DNA of 64,000 bases from Eledone cirrhosa. Taxonomy: Eukaryota. The stretch is taken from assembly GCA_964016885.1 (NCBI GenBank), contig OZ024740.1, positions 411,370,001 to 411,434,000 on the forward strand, read 5' to 3'. A program made the translations under genes and the position numbers. Each line of letters starts with the position of its first letter. The first letter of the stretch is position 1. A model generated the notes under the pieces. That model was not told where the DNA came from and made no database searches. It was given only the letters and a program-made list of their open reading frames with translations. Shown piece after piece: positions 16,054-29,738 of the stretch.

Positions 16054-16094
16054 CGGTGCAGATGATAGCTAACAAGCTTGAAACTAGTACATCG
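16054..16094 (+). ncRNA. Second R1 hammerhead with core mutation (CAGAUGA)
   Basis: Identical to 15562-15602 except U4>A. Confidence 0.8.
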
Positions 16095-16246
16095 TTCCTG
16101 TGTCAGTGTTGAACAAAAAGGTAACGTGGTTGCCTTAACACCGTGCGGCATAAATTCAGGCTGTTCAGTTTGTTTACAAACGAACAAAGCGGGCGCTATA
16201 ATAAGCGTCCGCTAAACTGATGCGTACATATATGTATGTGTACCTG

Positions 16247-16318
<72 letters not shown>

Positions 16319-16371
16319 TGCTACTGTACGTCTGTATACATATATGTATGTACGTATACATACATACTTAC

Positions 16372-16404
<33 letters not shown>

Positions 16405-16426
16405 CTTATATATATATATATGTGTG

Positions 16427-16506
<80 letters not shown>

Positions 16507-16526
16507 CATATATATATATATGTGTG

Positions 16527-16572
<46 letters not shown>

Positions 16573-16577
16573 TATAT

Positions 16578-16610
<33 letters not shown>

Positions 16611-16631
16611 CGTACATATATATACATATAT

Positions 16632-16806
<175 letters not shown>

Positions 16807-16859
16807 AATGTATATGCACATATTAATATATATATATATATATATATATTGTTATACTT

Positions 16860-17248
16860 TGGGAGCGATCATGCTGTCAATAAAAACACACGCATCTGTT
16901 CGTTTTCACTTCAATTTATTATAAATTTCCGCTTGGTTGGCTCGATAACCGGATGGTTGCTCATATATTGTCAAATACCTTTCGCCACACATTATGTGAC
17001 TTCCTCAGTGACAGGGATTTTATTGTGTGGCTCTCCTACATCTTCGTTTTGTGTGTTGTGTAAGACAGAGCAGAGGGGATACACAAAATAAAACACCAGT
17101 CACTAAGGAAGTCAGAGAATATGTGATGAAAGAGCTTTGAAAATATATAAACAATTATCCGGTTATCAAACCACCCAACCGGAAATTGATAATAAATCCA
17201 AATGAAAACCATTAGGTGCGTGTGTTTTTACTGGTAGCATGTTCCTTA
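16860..17248. mobile_element. Old fold-back element with a hammerhead in each arm
   Basis: Diverged inverted arms of ~175 bp between TA tracts. Confidence 0.8.
16970..17012 (-). ncRNA. Type I hammerhead ribozyme (degenerate mirror copy 17099-17141 +)
   Basis: GUCA-CUGAGGA-A-GUCAC(AUAAUGU)GUGGC-GAAA-GGUA-UU^UGAC. Confidence 0.8.
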
Positions 17249-17268
17249 AAAAAAATTCAAAAATTAAG

Positions 17269-17399
<131 letters not shown>

Positions 17400-17413
17400 A
17401 AATATATATATAT

Positions 17414-17485
<72 letters not shown>

Positions 17486-17491
17486 TCATGT

Positions 17492-17535
<44 letters not shown>

Positions 17536-17925
17536 AAACGCACACATATATACATAAGTGTGTAACGAATCTCTTATCATGTAATATATTTCTATAGCAG
17601 AAAAGAAGTATTTAAGAACAACGCAACCCCCTTTCTAAGGATCACATTATAGATAAACAAATACATTACTCCGTGACACTCCAAATATATATAAAATCCC
17701 ACATACACCGAAATGGTTAGTAATTCATACCTTGCTAATCTACGTATGGTCCCCTCACTCCTGATAAAGTCGTAGAAGCGCCGTATTAATATACATCCTT
17801 TCTTGGGCAATTTTGAAACTTGCCGGAGCCGATCGCCTCTCCGGGCCAGAACACAGTAGATTTCTTCCAGAGAAAGATAGAAAGTGGGAGAGAGAAAGGA
17901 AATAAGAAAGAGATATAGAGAAAGA

Positions 17926-18086
17926 ATCGACCCAAGTACTAGAGTGGTACTTTTTTTTTATCGACCTTGAAAGGATGAAAGGCAAAATTTACCTCGGCGA
18001 GATTTGACCTCAGGCAGCAGATAGTAGAAATGAATACCGCAAAGCATTCTATCCGACGTTCTAATGACCCTACTACTTCACCGCCT
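17926..18086 (-). mobile_element. SINE related to S1
   Basis: TATCGACC..GGATGAAAGGCAAA..ACCTCGGCG core. Confidence 0.7.
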
Positions 18087-18501
18087 TATCTTGCTAATAT
18101 CAAATATAAAAGATAATGATTGATGTATATGTAAACAACTATGAAGTTTATAAGGTCTTAAACGATGAATAATTACATCATATCACATTGAAACTACCAC
18201 TTATAATTCCTTCTGGCCACTCCAAAAGACGCAAGCAATAATATTCTACAAGTACAATAATGCTTATTTTGTATGGGGAGTTGTGATGACTTGGAAACGT
18301 GAATAGACTTCTTGGTAGGAACGACAGTGTTCCAAACCAGACATTAAAGAAATACAATAAAATATGAAAAATCCATAATAAAAATGTTCGACATTGAACA
18401 AAGTGGTTTTTTTCATTTACGATGCTTGAAAGAAAGTTTGTCCCATATTTACACACGCACACACATATTCATATACACACATTAGACAGACAGGCAGACA
18501 G

Positions 18502-18603
<102 letters not shown>

Positions 18604-18821
18604 GCATATACATATGTATATAAAAGTATATATATATACACAAAATCATATATATAGGAATTTCTCTGTTCGGATTCTAACAGTTCCTATATATGTGTGT
18701 GTGTGTGTGTGTGTGAGTTCAGTAGAGGTTGTTTTGGTGAAAACAGGAGCAAGCAGAAGAAAGCTCTCTACATTCAATAGTGTGTAGTTACGATGGAGAT
18801 TCGGTAAAATAGTAAAATTAA

Positions 18822-19135
18822 GAAAGTTGGTGATGTCACATAAATCGTTTATTCATAACAATTATTTCAACGCTTCTCCCACGCAATCAATATGTAATTC
18901 ATGTATTTGTTGCTGTTTTGAGAACGGTATCCTCAGATGAAATTCGATATTATGATATGCCGCAGGCAGAAATACACGTTCTCCTGTTCGTGCGCCCGGT
19001 AGAAATATGTAGCCATGTAAGAATACCGTTCTCATAACAACAACAAATGCATGAGTTACAACTTGGATTGTATGTGAGAACCGTGGAAATAATTATTATG
19101 AGTAAACGATTTATGTAACATCAGCATCTTTTTTA
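18822..19135. mobile_element. Fold-back element with a long-stem-II hammerhead
   Basis: ~18822-18932 is inverted at ~19020-19135; arms diverged. Confidence 0.75.
18852..18941 (-). ncRNA. Type I hammerhead with extended stem/loop II
   Basis: UUCAU-CUGAGGA-UACCGUUCUC...GAGAAGCGUU-GAAA-UAAUUG-UU^AUGAA; perfect 5-bp stem I. Confidence 0.7.
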
Positions 19136-19143
19136 ATGTTATT

Positions 19144-19204
<61 letters not shown>

Positions 19205-19463
19205 AACGAAGCTCACTTGGCTTTCACCATTCATTTTCTCTTTCCGCCAATTCCAACGGAACGCCCACAAAGCTTTTATTATATATATTCAATTTATATA
19301 TTAATCTACACCTTTGTAGGATTCAATTAATATTCATCATAGTTTTAGCTTTTATTACATAATACCTTTTACAATGAGTTTTACACCAGCTCAGTATATT
19401 AGGCTCAATGTTTTACATAAATGCTCGTCAAAATATTTCAAAAGTCTGGCACCAGCTATATAC

Positions 19464-19536
<73 letters not shown>

Positions 19537-20091
19537 GTCTGAAAACAGACTAAATAAAGATGGCGTAGAAAATACAAAATACAATGTAACGGGAGGAAAC
19601 AATAGCACCACTGACGATGTTGCAGATGTGCAACGAAAGAACTTTGATAAACTATATATATATGTGTTTGTGTCTATATTGTATCTGTATTATTTTTGAC
19701 CGTTGGTCAGTCAATGGCAACATTGAGGACCGAATAAATTAGATTACCGATATAAAAGACACAGGAGCGAAAACCAACCAAACAGTGAGTGTGTTCTGTT
19801 ATTAATTCTGGCAATATTACACAAATATGACCCTCCCCAAGTATAACAATATTTGTTTCGACACACGATTTCATATAAAAAACCTCGCAAAACTAATTCA
19901 TCGCCGTTATATATATATATAGGAAAATGTTTAACCCGACGGCAGACCTCAAGCCGTTTCGACGACCCGTCGAAACGGCTTGGGCTCTCCCGTCGGGGTT
20001 AAAAATGTTCCTATTACTCACTTAACTACTCTAAGTATTGAGTACTCTGGTGCGTTATGGTCCATCTGGTTCCTTACCACACCTCTTTCGT

Positions 20092-20127
<36 letters not shown>

Positions 20128-20312
20128 CTGGTGTAAAACACATTGTAAAAGGTAGTATGTAATAAAAGTTAACGCTATCATGAATATTAAGTGAATCCTA
20201 AAAAGGTGTGGATTAATATATGAATTGAATATATATAATAAAAGCTTTGTGGGCGTTCCGGTAGAATTGGAGGAAAGAGAAAATTAATGGTGAAAGCCAA
20301 GTGAGCTTCGTT
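19205..20312. repeat. Inverted repeat pair (19205-19389 / 20128-20312) enclosing later insertions
   Basis: ~185-bp reverse-complement arms; the ORF track shows the mirrored peptide NEAHLAFTI..ERPQSFYY on both strands. Confidence 0.85.
19533..19909 (+). mobile_element. Solo pseudo-LTR of PLE family B, with HHR-like motif at 19607-19648
   Basis: Matches ~46521-46890; short inverted cap TTTAGTCTG; TA flanks. Confidence 0.9.
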
Positions 20313-20327
20313 CCAAATTGTATCATA

Positions 20328-20682
20328 ATAATTGTTTCTACTTTTGGCACAAGGCCAACAAATACCCCAGTGCATTACTGGTATTTTATGTTATCGACCC
20401 CGTGAGAATGAAAGGTAAAGTTAACCTCCGTGGGATTTGAACTCAGACCGTAAAGGGATGTAACTCTATGCTGGAAAGCATGGTCATCATAATAATTGTT
20501 TCTAGTTTTGGCACAAGGCCAGCAATTACCCAGTGCATTACGGGTACTTCATTTTATCGACCCCGTATGCATGAAAGGCAAAGTTAACCTCGGCGGGATT
20601 CGAACTCAGAATAGCAAGGGCCGTAACTCTATACGTCAAAGCACGGCGTCCGACCTCTACCAATACTGCTAATCCACCGCCC
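20328..20682 (-). mobile_element. Two tandem SINE S1 copies
   Basis: 20328-20482 and 20493-20682; ATGGTCATCATAATAAT recurs at 20480 and 20683 (possible TSD). Confidence 0.85.
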
Positions 20683-22718
20683 ATGGTCATCATAATAATG
20701 GATTCAAAATATGTTTACAACTTCAAACTTTCGTGATGAGAAGGGAAATATGAAGGTCCTGCTAAATATAAAAAACTACGAAGTACACATGGTTTTCCAT
20801 TTACTGGCTGCAATTTCTAATTGTGAATTATAATTTCCCCAACGAAAGTTTCATTTTCAGGAAATGTTTCAGTAAATGCGTTACTCTAGTACCACAAATT
20901 AAATGGCATAATAACCGTTTCTATTTGATATTGAATATAAAACTGAAGCATTTCTATTATTTGCGTAACGTATATGGGTTTTCAAAAGAACAAAAACAAA
21001 GACATATAACAAATAGATAAACACACGTAAAATATTTAAGATTAGAATTTCATCGCGGAAACATGTAAGAAAACAACTTTGAATAAAATTACAATCTACG
21101 ACTAGAAATATAATTACGACTCAATCGTTGATGATAGAATGGAACCTCCTAGACCTAAATTGCTGCAATGATAGGTTTTCATACCCAACAAAATTTGGTA
21201 TAATTATTTAAATATTTTAGGCAAATCCCCCGATTAACGAGTTTTTTTAACTTTACCATTATAGTGCTACAACAACAATAGATGTTATAAACTGGTTCTA
21301 ATCAGGTCTTGATGAATAGAATTACTTCAATATGAAGGAATATTATGGCTCTATCAGTAAACACGAATTAATTAGGCCCTAAAGTTGAATAAATCTCGTA
21401 TATTACTGGAGTTGAAATATCTATCATAATGCAGTTTCGAAACATGATATGGACGACCTTCAGCCTATTAAGAATGTATATTCACATATATATTAGTGTT
21501 ACAATTTGTCAATGACTCCGCCGGCCGTAACGATAATATCATCAATGTTTCATTTTAACACAGACAATTATATTTCCCTACATAAAGAGTTGCCTCTACT
21601 GAAAAGATGCCGTTCTAACTCTTCAGAACTATAACCGTCGATTTACAGATGAGCCAAGAAATATTTGATTCTTTTAGAATGTCACCGCCTAATGACACTA
21701 CTATTTCATTAGGGTTAATGAAATTCTGAATTATATACATATACATAACTCAAACTTCTTGAAATATTTCAGAAAACTTAATTTAAAATATTTAATTTAG
21801 ATTATCTACACATTCTGTCAACATATTCAGCAAATCCTAGGTTTTTTTTATAAAAGAGATTAAAACAAAAACCATCCATATGAATAATTTATATAATTTA
21901 TAATTAAACATAAAGACAGAAAGCAAACTAAATAAAACGTAGCTACAATCAATTTAAATAGATTAAAGCTTATCCCCAACATGCGTATTATAGAATTTTA
22001 CATATGAGTATTATTTATATTCCATATTCTACTAAATGAATAATTAGCTAAAATCTTGTTTCTTCTAGTTTCGTTAGATTAAAGTAAATCAGCTCTGCTA
22101 CTATCAACTATAACTGTAACTGCAAAATCAGAAAGCTTGAGCCTTCAATAATACCTGTTTAATAAATATATAGTAAACAGAAAACAATGTTCTTAATAAC
22201 AATAGAAAAGTAAGCAGGTGCTTCCTTTAGACATAGTCTTTCAAAAAGACAGGTAAAGAGATAACATAACTACATCTAGGATATACGTGACCTTAAAAAG
22301 GATTTCATATTCGGTAAACTTCATTACTAGATCATGCATTGCATTGTCCAAAACAACTACATTTGTGTAAAAACGGAATACTACGCACTACAATATAAAG
22401 TACAAAGGCAAACGTTAATAAGGTGTGCAGAAAACTATTGAAAGCATCGTATTTTGTGTAATTGTAAATGTTTAGTGAGACAATGACGAGAGAAATCTTG
22501 AAAAACCTAATGGATAGTTTTTAATGACAGGGTAATGTTTATCTTAATCATGTTAACATATGTCTCAGCAGATTTTACTTATATGTGAGTGCGTACGCGT
22601 GTGTGTTTGGGGTGTGTGTATTTGATACTAACGTGATTTGCAGCCTTTATTTTGATTAATGCGAGTCTTGTATTTTTTAAGAAATATCACTATGTATTAT
22701 ATATATGTATGTAGGTAT

Positions 22719-22753
<35 letters not shown>

Positions 22754-22781
22754 CGTTTATACATACATATGTTTATAAATA

Positions 22782-22887
<106 letters not shown>

Positions 22888-22889
22888 TA

Positions 22890-23090
22890 AAGGTAGAACG
22901 CCGGAAAGTAATATCCGTAGTAGTAGAGTAATCAGACCATGGGACGAGTTTGGTACAAGTAGTAACACAACAGTTAGTTCACCATACCGAGAACAATTGT
23001 TTCACCTCATGCGGATCTTCAGCCCGAAGATCCGCATGAGGTGAAACAATTGTTCTCGCTATGGTGAACTAACTGCTGTGTTGCTACTTC
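22890..23090. mobile_element. Fold-back insert (64-bp arms 22957-23020 / 23026-23089) containing a hammerhead
   Basis: Near-perfect hairpin with a 5-nt loop AGCCC; TA flanks. Confidence 0.9.
22989..23025 (-). ncRNA. Minimal hammerhead ribozyme at the fold-back apex
   Basis: GGG-CUGAAGA-U-CC(GCAUGA)GG-U-GAAA-CAAUUG-UU^CUC; palindromic stem III ACAAUUGU. Confidence 0.7.
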
Positions 23091-23105
23091 TATATATATA
23101 TATAT

Positions 23106-25572
23106 AGCAAATACATGATGGGAGAGAGGAAAATCTTCAACGCTCACATGATGATGTGGACCGACATCCTAAAGCCAAGCAGACGCACTGCCAACAACTT
23201 CCAGGCGTCTAATAATGGCATACCACCCTTGTAATACAGTCGACGACTCGACAACAGGACAAGCAACAATACCTGTATGCGGAGCAAATATAGCTAGCAA
23301 CTACAGGATCTCCTACTTCACTCAATGGTTATACGCCCCATAATCAAGATGTCCCCAGATGTATGTGACAGTACAGAGGACCTCCTCATCAGAATCAGTG
23401 AGTGCAACAAAAATAAAAACCTATCCAACTGCATAATAGGCAGTATGGATGTGGTATCACTGTACCCATCCATTAACATTGATTTTGCTGTGGGAAAATG
23501 TGTGGAGATGATCATTGAGAGTGAGGTGGAGTTCTGCGACGTCGACACAGACGAACTAGGCCTCCTACTTAGACTTACCTATGACACTGACTACCTAGAC
23601 AGCCATTACGTTTCTGTCCCAGTAGACCCATAAGACGTAGACCCCCACCGTAACCTCAATGGCAAAAAAGACTCCCATGGGAAGGTGGATTGGGTGGACC
23701 AAAGCTATACGGACCTCTCAAAACAATGATCAGGTAAGAAAAATGGCCGCACATGCAATATGGGCTAGTATCAAAACTACCCTAAAGGGCCACATATTCA
23801 AGTTCAACGAGAAGATCTACACCCAAAATGAGGGAGCAGCCATTGGCGTCAGCATAGCTGGTGACGTTGCCAACCTTTTTATGGTATGGTGGGAAAGGAG
23901 ACTTAAAGATCTCCTTAATGAGAGCTCCATAGACCTTATTATGTACTCTCGTTATGTAGGCGACATCAATATAGAAATAAAGACATCCCCACAAGAGAGT
24001 ACTAACAAGTTTGATTTAGAACGTAGCACAATGGAAAGCATCCAGCAGATAGCTAATTCCATACACCAGAGTATAACTGTAACTATCGACTACCCTTCCA
24101 AACACCCTAACAATGGACTACCTGTATTAGACACGGAACTCTGGATTAACACTATAGACGAGAGACGCCAAATTCTCCACTCACACTATGCTAAACCCAT
24201 GGCCTCCAAATACCTGATACTCAAAAACTCAGCAATGTCCAGTAGTGCTAAGTTTAATATTCTGATCGCAGACTTGGTACGAGTGATGAAGAATGTGTCC
24301 CGCATGTGCGACCCAACAGAAATGGAAAGACACATCCAACACTTCATCAACCGCATGCAGTTCTCTGGCTACAAACAAAGAGACAGAATCAGAGTATACG
24401 AAGGAGCCACGGAGAAGTAGAAGACCCTCATAGAACTGGACATGAAAGGAATTTGCCCATTATACAGGAGAAAATCATGGAATAGCTTAGATAGGGCTAG
24501 ACATAAGATAGGGAAAGCCACCTCATGGTACGACAACCAGAGATACCAGATTGTCATCTTTATGGACGCTACCCCTGGAGGGAAATTAGCTAAACCAGTG
24601 TAGTAAGGTCCTGAGAAAGACCCACTTAAAGATTAAGGTGGTAGAAAATCCAGGAACCACCATAAAATCCCTGATCAGCAAAACCTACCCTTTTAAGAAA
24701 ACCCACTGTACTAATAGGAAATGTATCATATGTAAAGTAAACCTCCGGATAAACTGTAAAACTAGAAACGTAGTCTATAGCATAAGATGTACAGAGGGTA
24801 CTTGCAGAAACATGACAACAACATAATAGGCGAGACAGCTCGTAGCATAGGTGAAAGGATAGACCAACACTGGGGGGAACTAAAAGGACAAAAAACGGTT
24901 CAGTACTACACGACCATGCCAGACAACAATACGACGGTAAAATAGACAACATAGAAATTAGAATAATATCTAAACATAGAAATGACCCAGCAGATAGGCA
25001 AATCAGAGAAGCAAGCGAAATAGAACTTAGAAGACCAAGGCTAAACAGAAAAATTGAATGGAATAACAACAACACCCAAACAAACAATACTGACCTAAGA
25101 GAAGTATAAATAAATAAATAAATAAATACATACACAAGCACAATAACAGCAAACACATATAAACACACACTAGTAAACTAAGCCAGAATACAATAACCAA
25201 TACACAGTCACCCAAACACGAACACACATCAAACACTACACACACGCGCAAACGCATGCGCAGAGAAGACAAAAAAAATAAATAAATAAACAGACTAAAT
25301 AAAGATGGTGTAGGCATACAATACAACGGGAGGAAACATAATAGCACCACTGACGATGTTGCAGATGTGCAACGAAAGAACTCTGTTAGACTATATATAT
25401 GTGTTTGTGTCTATATTGTATCTGTATTTTTGACCGTTAGTCAGTCAATGGTAATATTGAGGTCCGAATATATTAAATTAACCGATATAAAAGACAGAGA
25501 AGCGAAAACTAACCAATGTTATTAATTCTAGCAATATTATTACACACATATGACCCTCCCCAAGTATAACAA
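23106..25572 (+). mobile_element. PLE family B, 5'-truncated defective copy (RT plus GIY-YIG)
   Basis: RT motifs SMDVVSLYPSI, GAAIGVSIAGDVANLFM, RYVGD; Zn/EN region NCKTRNVVYSIRC..GETARS; highly similar to ~48523-51093; HHR-like motif at 25346-25387. Confidence 0.92.
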
Positions 25573-25606
25573 TATATATATATATATATATATAAAGAAT
25601 ATAAAC

Positions 25607-25695
<89 letters not shown>

Positions 25696-26422
25696 AAGAT
25701 TTGAATGGATACAGTTTAGTTGAAAGGAATTTATTGACACGTGTTTCTATAACAGTTACATAACCTAAAACAGCTGCTATCTACAAACTTTTAGTTATGC
25801 AGACATTCAATATTTCAATGTTATTATTTACTGTCATTTCATCAGAATAATATTACTGAGGACCTATTTAGTTTTTATAGAGAATATTAGGAGGGAGGGG
25901 TGAAGTTGTTAGAAGAATAGTTGAAGGAGTGGTTTTTCGATAGCAGTGAGAATTCTTGGTGGCAGTGAGTAATTAGATTCCCATCTGTTGTTTTGACATT
26001 TTTTATAGAATATATTATTGGTTATTTTTCTAAATCTATAGAAGGATTAGAGATAGTAAAGATATGCGTGGTTGGTTTTGTGTTTGCACTTAATTAACAT
26101 TCAGACTTAAATTTTTCTTTCAAGTGCACGTATCCTTTCACCCACGCATTCACACACAAATATATTTGCACACCTCTACAAAATACATATACTCACAATT
26201 CACATATTCATACTTACATATATATACACATGCATACACATATATGTACACACATGTATTCATGTACATACTTACGCGCTCATGTGTATACATTTTCATA
26301 CTCAACTTATCTTTATATACACACGTATAGACACACACATATATACATACTTACTCTAGTCCATGTGTACACACATACACATACATACACATCTATATAC
26401 ACATATATACATACATATATAC

Positions 26423-26517
<95 letters not shown>

Positions 26518-27245
26518 TACACATACATACACATATACATATACATATATATATACATATATATAAGCACTTTAATACATGAATACACTTACATCTAACT
26601 ATACACATCAAACATATATATATATTTACTTATTTATATACATTTTCACATATATATACATACTTATGGACGTTTTTAGACACATTCATTATCGCATATT
26701 TGCACCTATTCTCATCAGCATATCTTTCCATTATTAGTGTGGTAATTTAAGGTTATTAATATATGTTGAGAAGAGATTGTTTTTATATTTTTCTAACTAG
26801 ATTAAGGTTTATATAGTTGGGGGATGTCCTTCTTTTATGTAATATTCGGCTTGTAGTGGGAAAAAAGGGTTTTAGTTCTGTGACGGCAGAATAATGTTCG
26901 TTCAATTCTGTTATTCAGCAGTTTCTTCTTGTGTGTGATTATGTAATAAATCTCAAGATTACACAATTTGCAGAAATTTTGGCTCCTGGAAAAGCTTTGG
27001 GTTTTAGCTAATTTCTCCCATTTTAGGGTAAACTTTTGATCGCTATCCCTGAGCGTCCAAGCTTTTTCTGCTAAAGTTGTTACATTTCTTTGGCTCTGGT
27101 GTTTTATTGAGTAAGAATGCCTATACAATCGAGATTTAAACGATAATCTACTGTGTGTAATATTTATATTACAACACAACGGAAAATACTGTATATTTAC
27201 CTCCTGTAAAGTCGAGCAACCCACACAGCAAACGCAACCACAACA

Positions 27246-29581
27246 ATGGAAAAACACTACCTGGATATGTCACTCAAAAACATACCAACCCAAGGTAGAA
27301 AGGAATATTTATTGAGTATGATTCAAAAAACTAATGAATTCATTCGACGTGTCAGGTGGAAAACGCTCCACTATGATAGAAGCCGTATGAACTCAACATT
27401 AGAAAGTGGTGTAAACAACAAATTCGGTTTTAGGACTTGTAAAAACCCACCCACCAACCCACTATTAGATGCATTTGAGCAGGACCTTATGAACTTAATC
27501 CTTAAAATTAAATTCAAAGGACGCAACACCAACAGCAAATTACAGAAAGATATAAAAAAACTACTGGACGACCTTAAAAACACCAAAGGAATTGTAGTAA
27601 AAGCGGACAAAACATCAAACCTGTACACTATGGATTGCACTGCATACAACAACTTCATTCGAAAAGAATTACATAAAAAATATAGAAAAACGAGTGAAGT
27701 AACCCTTAAGCACATCAATGATGAGGCATGCGAAATAGTGAAAAATCTCGGAATCGAAGATAGGACAGGACCACTCTTACCGGCGGTAGCCACCTTCAAT
27801 CTTAAGGACCACAAGGTAAACTTTGATAATGACCCTAAAATTAGATTAATCTGCCCCTCTAAATCAGATATAGGTAAAATAAGCAAATATATCTTAGATA
27901 GAATCATCCCCCAAATTAAGGCTAAGGTTAACATTAAACTCTGGGGGAAGACCCAAGAAGCAATAAGATGGTTTAATAGCATTAGCAATAAGAATAAATC
28001 TAAGTTTATCTAATAAATCTAAGTTTGATATCGATGAATATTACTCATCGATATCACCTGAAACTTTGAATAGAGCCATTAAGTTTGCTAAGGATAACTC
28101 TGACCTTACAAACGATGAAATTAAGATTATATTAGAAGCTAGGAAAACTATAGTCAAATTTGAGAACAGTTATTGGGTACGTAAAGATAGACCCTCTAAC
28201 TTTGACATAACAATGGGCTCTAACGATTCGGCGGAAATAACTGATATTGTGGGGTTATTTATCGCCTTTAGACTCCAGGAAAAATTCAGCAATCTCCACG
28301 GCGGAATATACCGCGACGATGTTCTCCTCCTAGCTAAAAACCTTAATAACCAAAAACTAGAAAAACTACGCAAAGATATAAGAAAACTACTACTCGAAAT
28401 AGGACTAACTATAACATATGAATACAACCTTAAAGTAGTTAACTTCCTGGATGTCACACTCAATTTAAACTCTGGTTTGATTAAACCGTTTCATAAATTG
28501 AATGAAAATCTCAAATACGTAAATGTTGGGTCTAACCACCCCATCTCTATAATTAAATCTATCCCTAAAAATATTTCCCTTAGAATCTCGGGTCTATCTT
28601 CTAACATACAAGTTTTTAAGGAACACGCCGAGTACTACGATAACGCCCTTAGTAAAGCAGGCTACCTCAACAAAATAGAGTACATAGATGGGAACAATCA
28701 AAACACCCAAAATAAATCCCACATAGGTAGATATAATAACACAACACCAAACCACACTTACTACCATAGTATGCACACCAGTAAACCAACAAACAAAACT
28801 AATAGAAAGCGATGCAAAGAGTACTTATGGTATAACCCCGAATACAATAGTTCCATTAGTACAAATTTACCAGTACTCTTCTTTAAAATAATTAAAAGAC
28901 ATTTTCCCACATCACACAAATACCACAAAATCCTAAACCCTACCACTATAAGACTGTCATACTCTACAGCGTTAAACCTTGAACAACACATAAAAAAGAT
29001 CAATACTAGAAGGTTAAACGAAAACACTAAGAACTTAAGTACAAAGAACACAAAAAAAAACAGTAGACAATACACTACAGAACATAAATAAACCACACCT
29101 AAGTTCGTCCGCAATACTACTCCAGAGAAAACCCAACGTACACAACTGTAACTGCACCTATCCTGACAACTGCCCCCTCGGCAATAACTGCCTGGAAAAA
29201 AAAAAAATTATTTATAAGTGTACCATTAAATCCGGAGGCAACGAGTGGTATTACGTGGGATCAACGGCAACATCGTTTAAATCTCGATTGTATAGGCATT
29301 CTTACTCAATAAAACACCAGAGCCAAAGAAATGTAACAACTTTAGCAGAAAAAGCTTGGACGCTCAGGGATAGCGATCAAAAGTTTACCCTAAAATGGGA
29401 GAAATTAGCTAAAACCCAAAGCTTTTCCAGGAGCCAAAATTTCTGCAAATTGTGTAATCTTGAGATTTATTACATAATCACACACAAGAAGAAACTGCTG
29501 AATAACAGAATTGAACGAACATTATTCTGCCGTCACAGAACTAAAACCCTTTTTTCCCACTACAAGCCGAATATTACATAA
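27246..29581 (+). pseudogene. PLE-A ORF: reverse transcriptase plus C-terminal GIY-YIG endonuclease, frameshifted
   Basis: KADKT, FDIDEYYSSI, TMGSNDSAEI, GIYRDD, VNFLDVT, CNC-x5-CPLGNNCL, IIYKC...YYVGST..FKSR..H, CKLCNLE; breaks at ~28010 (15-bp duplication), ~29060 and ~29200 (A-runs). Confidence 0.92.
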
Positions 29582-29690
29582 AAGAAGGACATCCCCCAAC
29601 TATATAAACCTTAATCTAGTTAGAAAAATATAAAAACAATCTCTTCTCAACATATATTAATAACCTTAAATTACCACACTAATAATGGAA

Positions 29691-29738
29691 AGATATGCTG
29701 ATGAGAATAGGTGCAAATATGCGATAATGAATGTGTCT
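29691..29738 (+). ncRNA. Degenerate hammerhead-like motif in the PLE-A 3' UTR
   Basis: AGAUAUG-CUGAUGA-GAAUA..UAUGC-GAUA..UGUGUCU; the GAAA box is mutated. Confidence 0.35.

Larger units (their letters stand above)
15453..16372 (+). mobile_element. Retrozyme-like tandem element R1 (~492-bp period) with an inverted 5' cap
   Basis: 15512-15870 is repeated at ~16006-16372; 15453-15512 is the reverse complement of 15871-15930; no ORF; TA flanks; one HHR per unit. Confidence 0.8.

Noticed and set aside
19935-20000. Hammerhead in the PLE-C terminal hairpin (CGAAACGGCTTG)
   Set aside because: GAAA is present but no CUGAnGA core occurs in any of the four copies.
24418-24420. Programmed readthrough of a TAG shared by both PLE-B copies
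   Set aside because: It co-occurs with two shared frameshifts, one of which is absent from the inverted arm, so inherited damage is the simpler explanation.
26835-27257. Minus-strand 140-aa ORF as an independent gene
   Set aside because: It is the inverted copy of the PLE-A endonuclease end fused to antisense 5' UTR.
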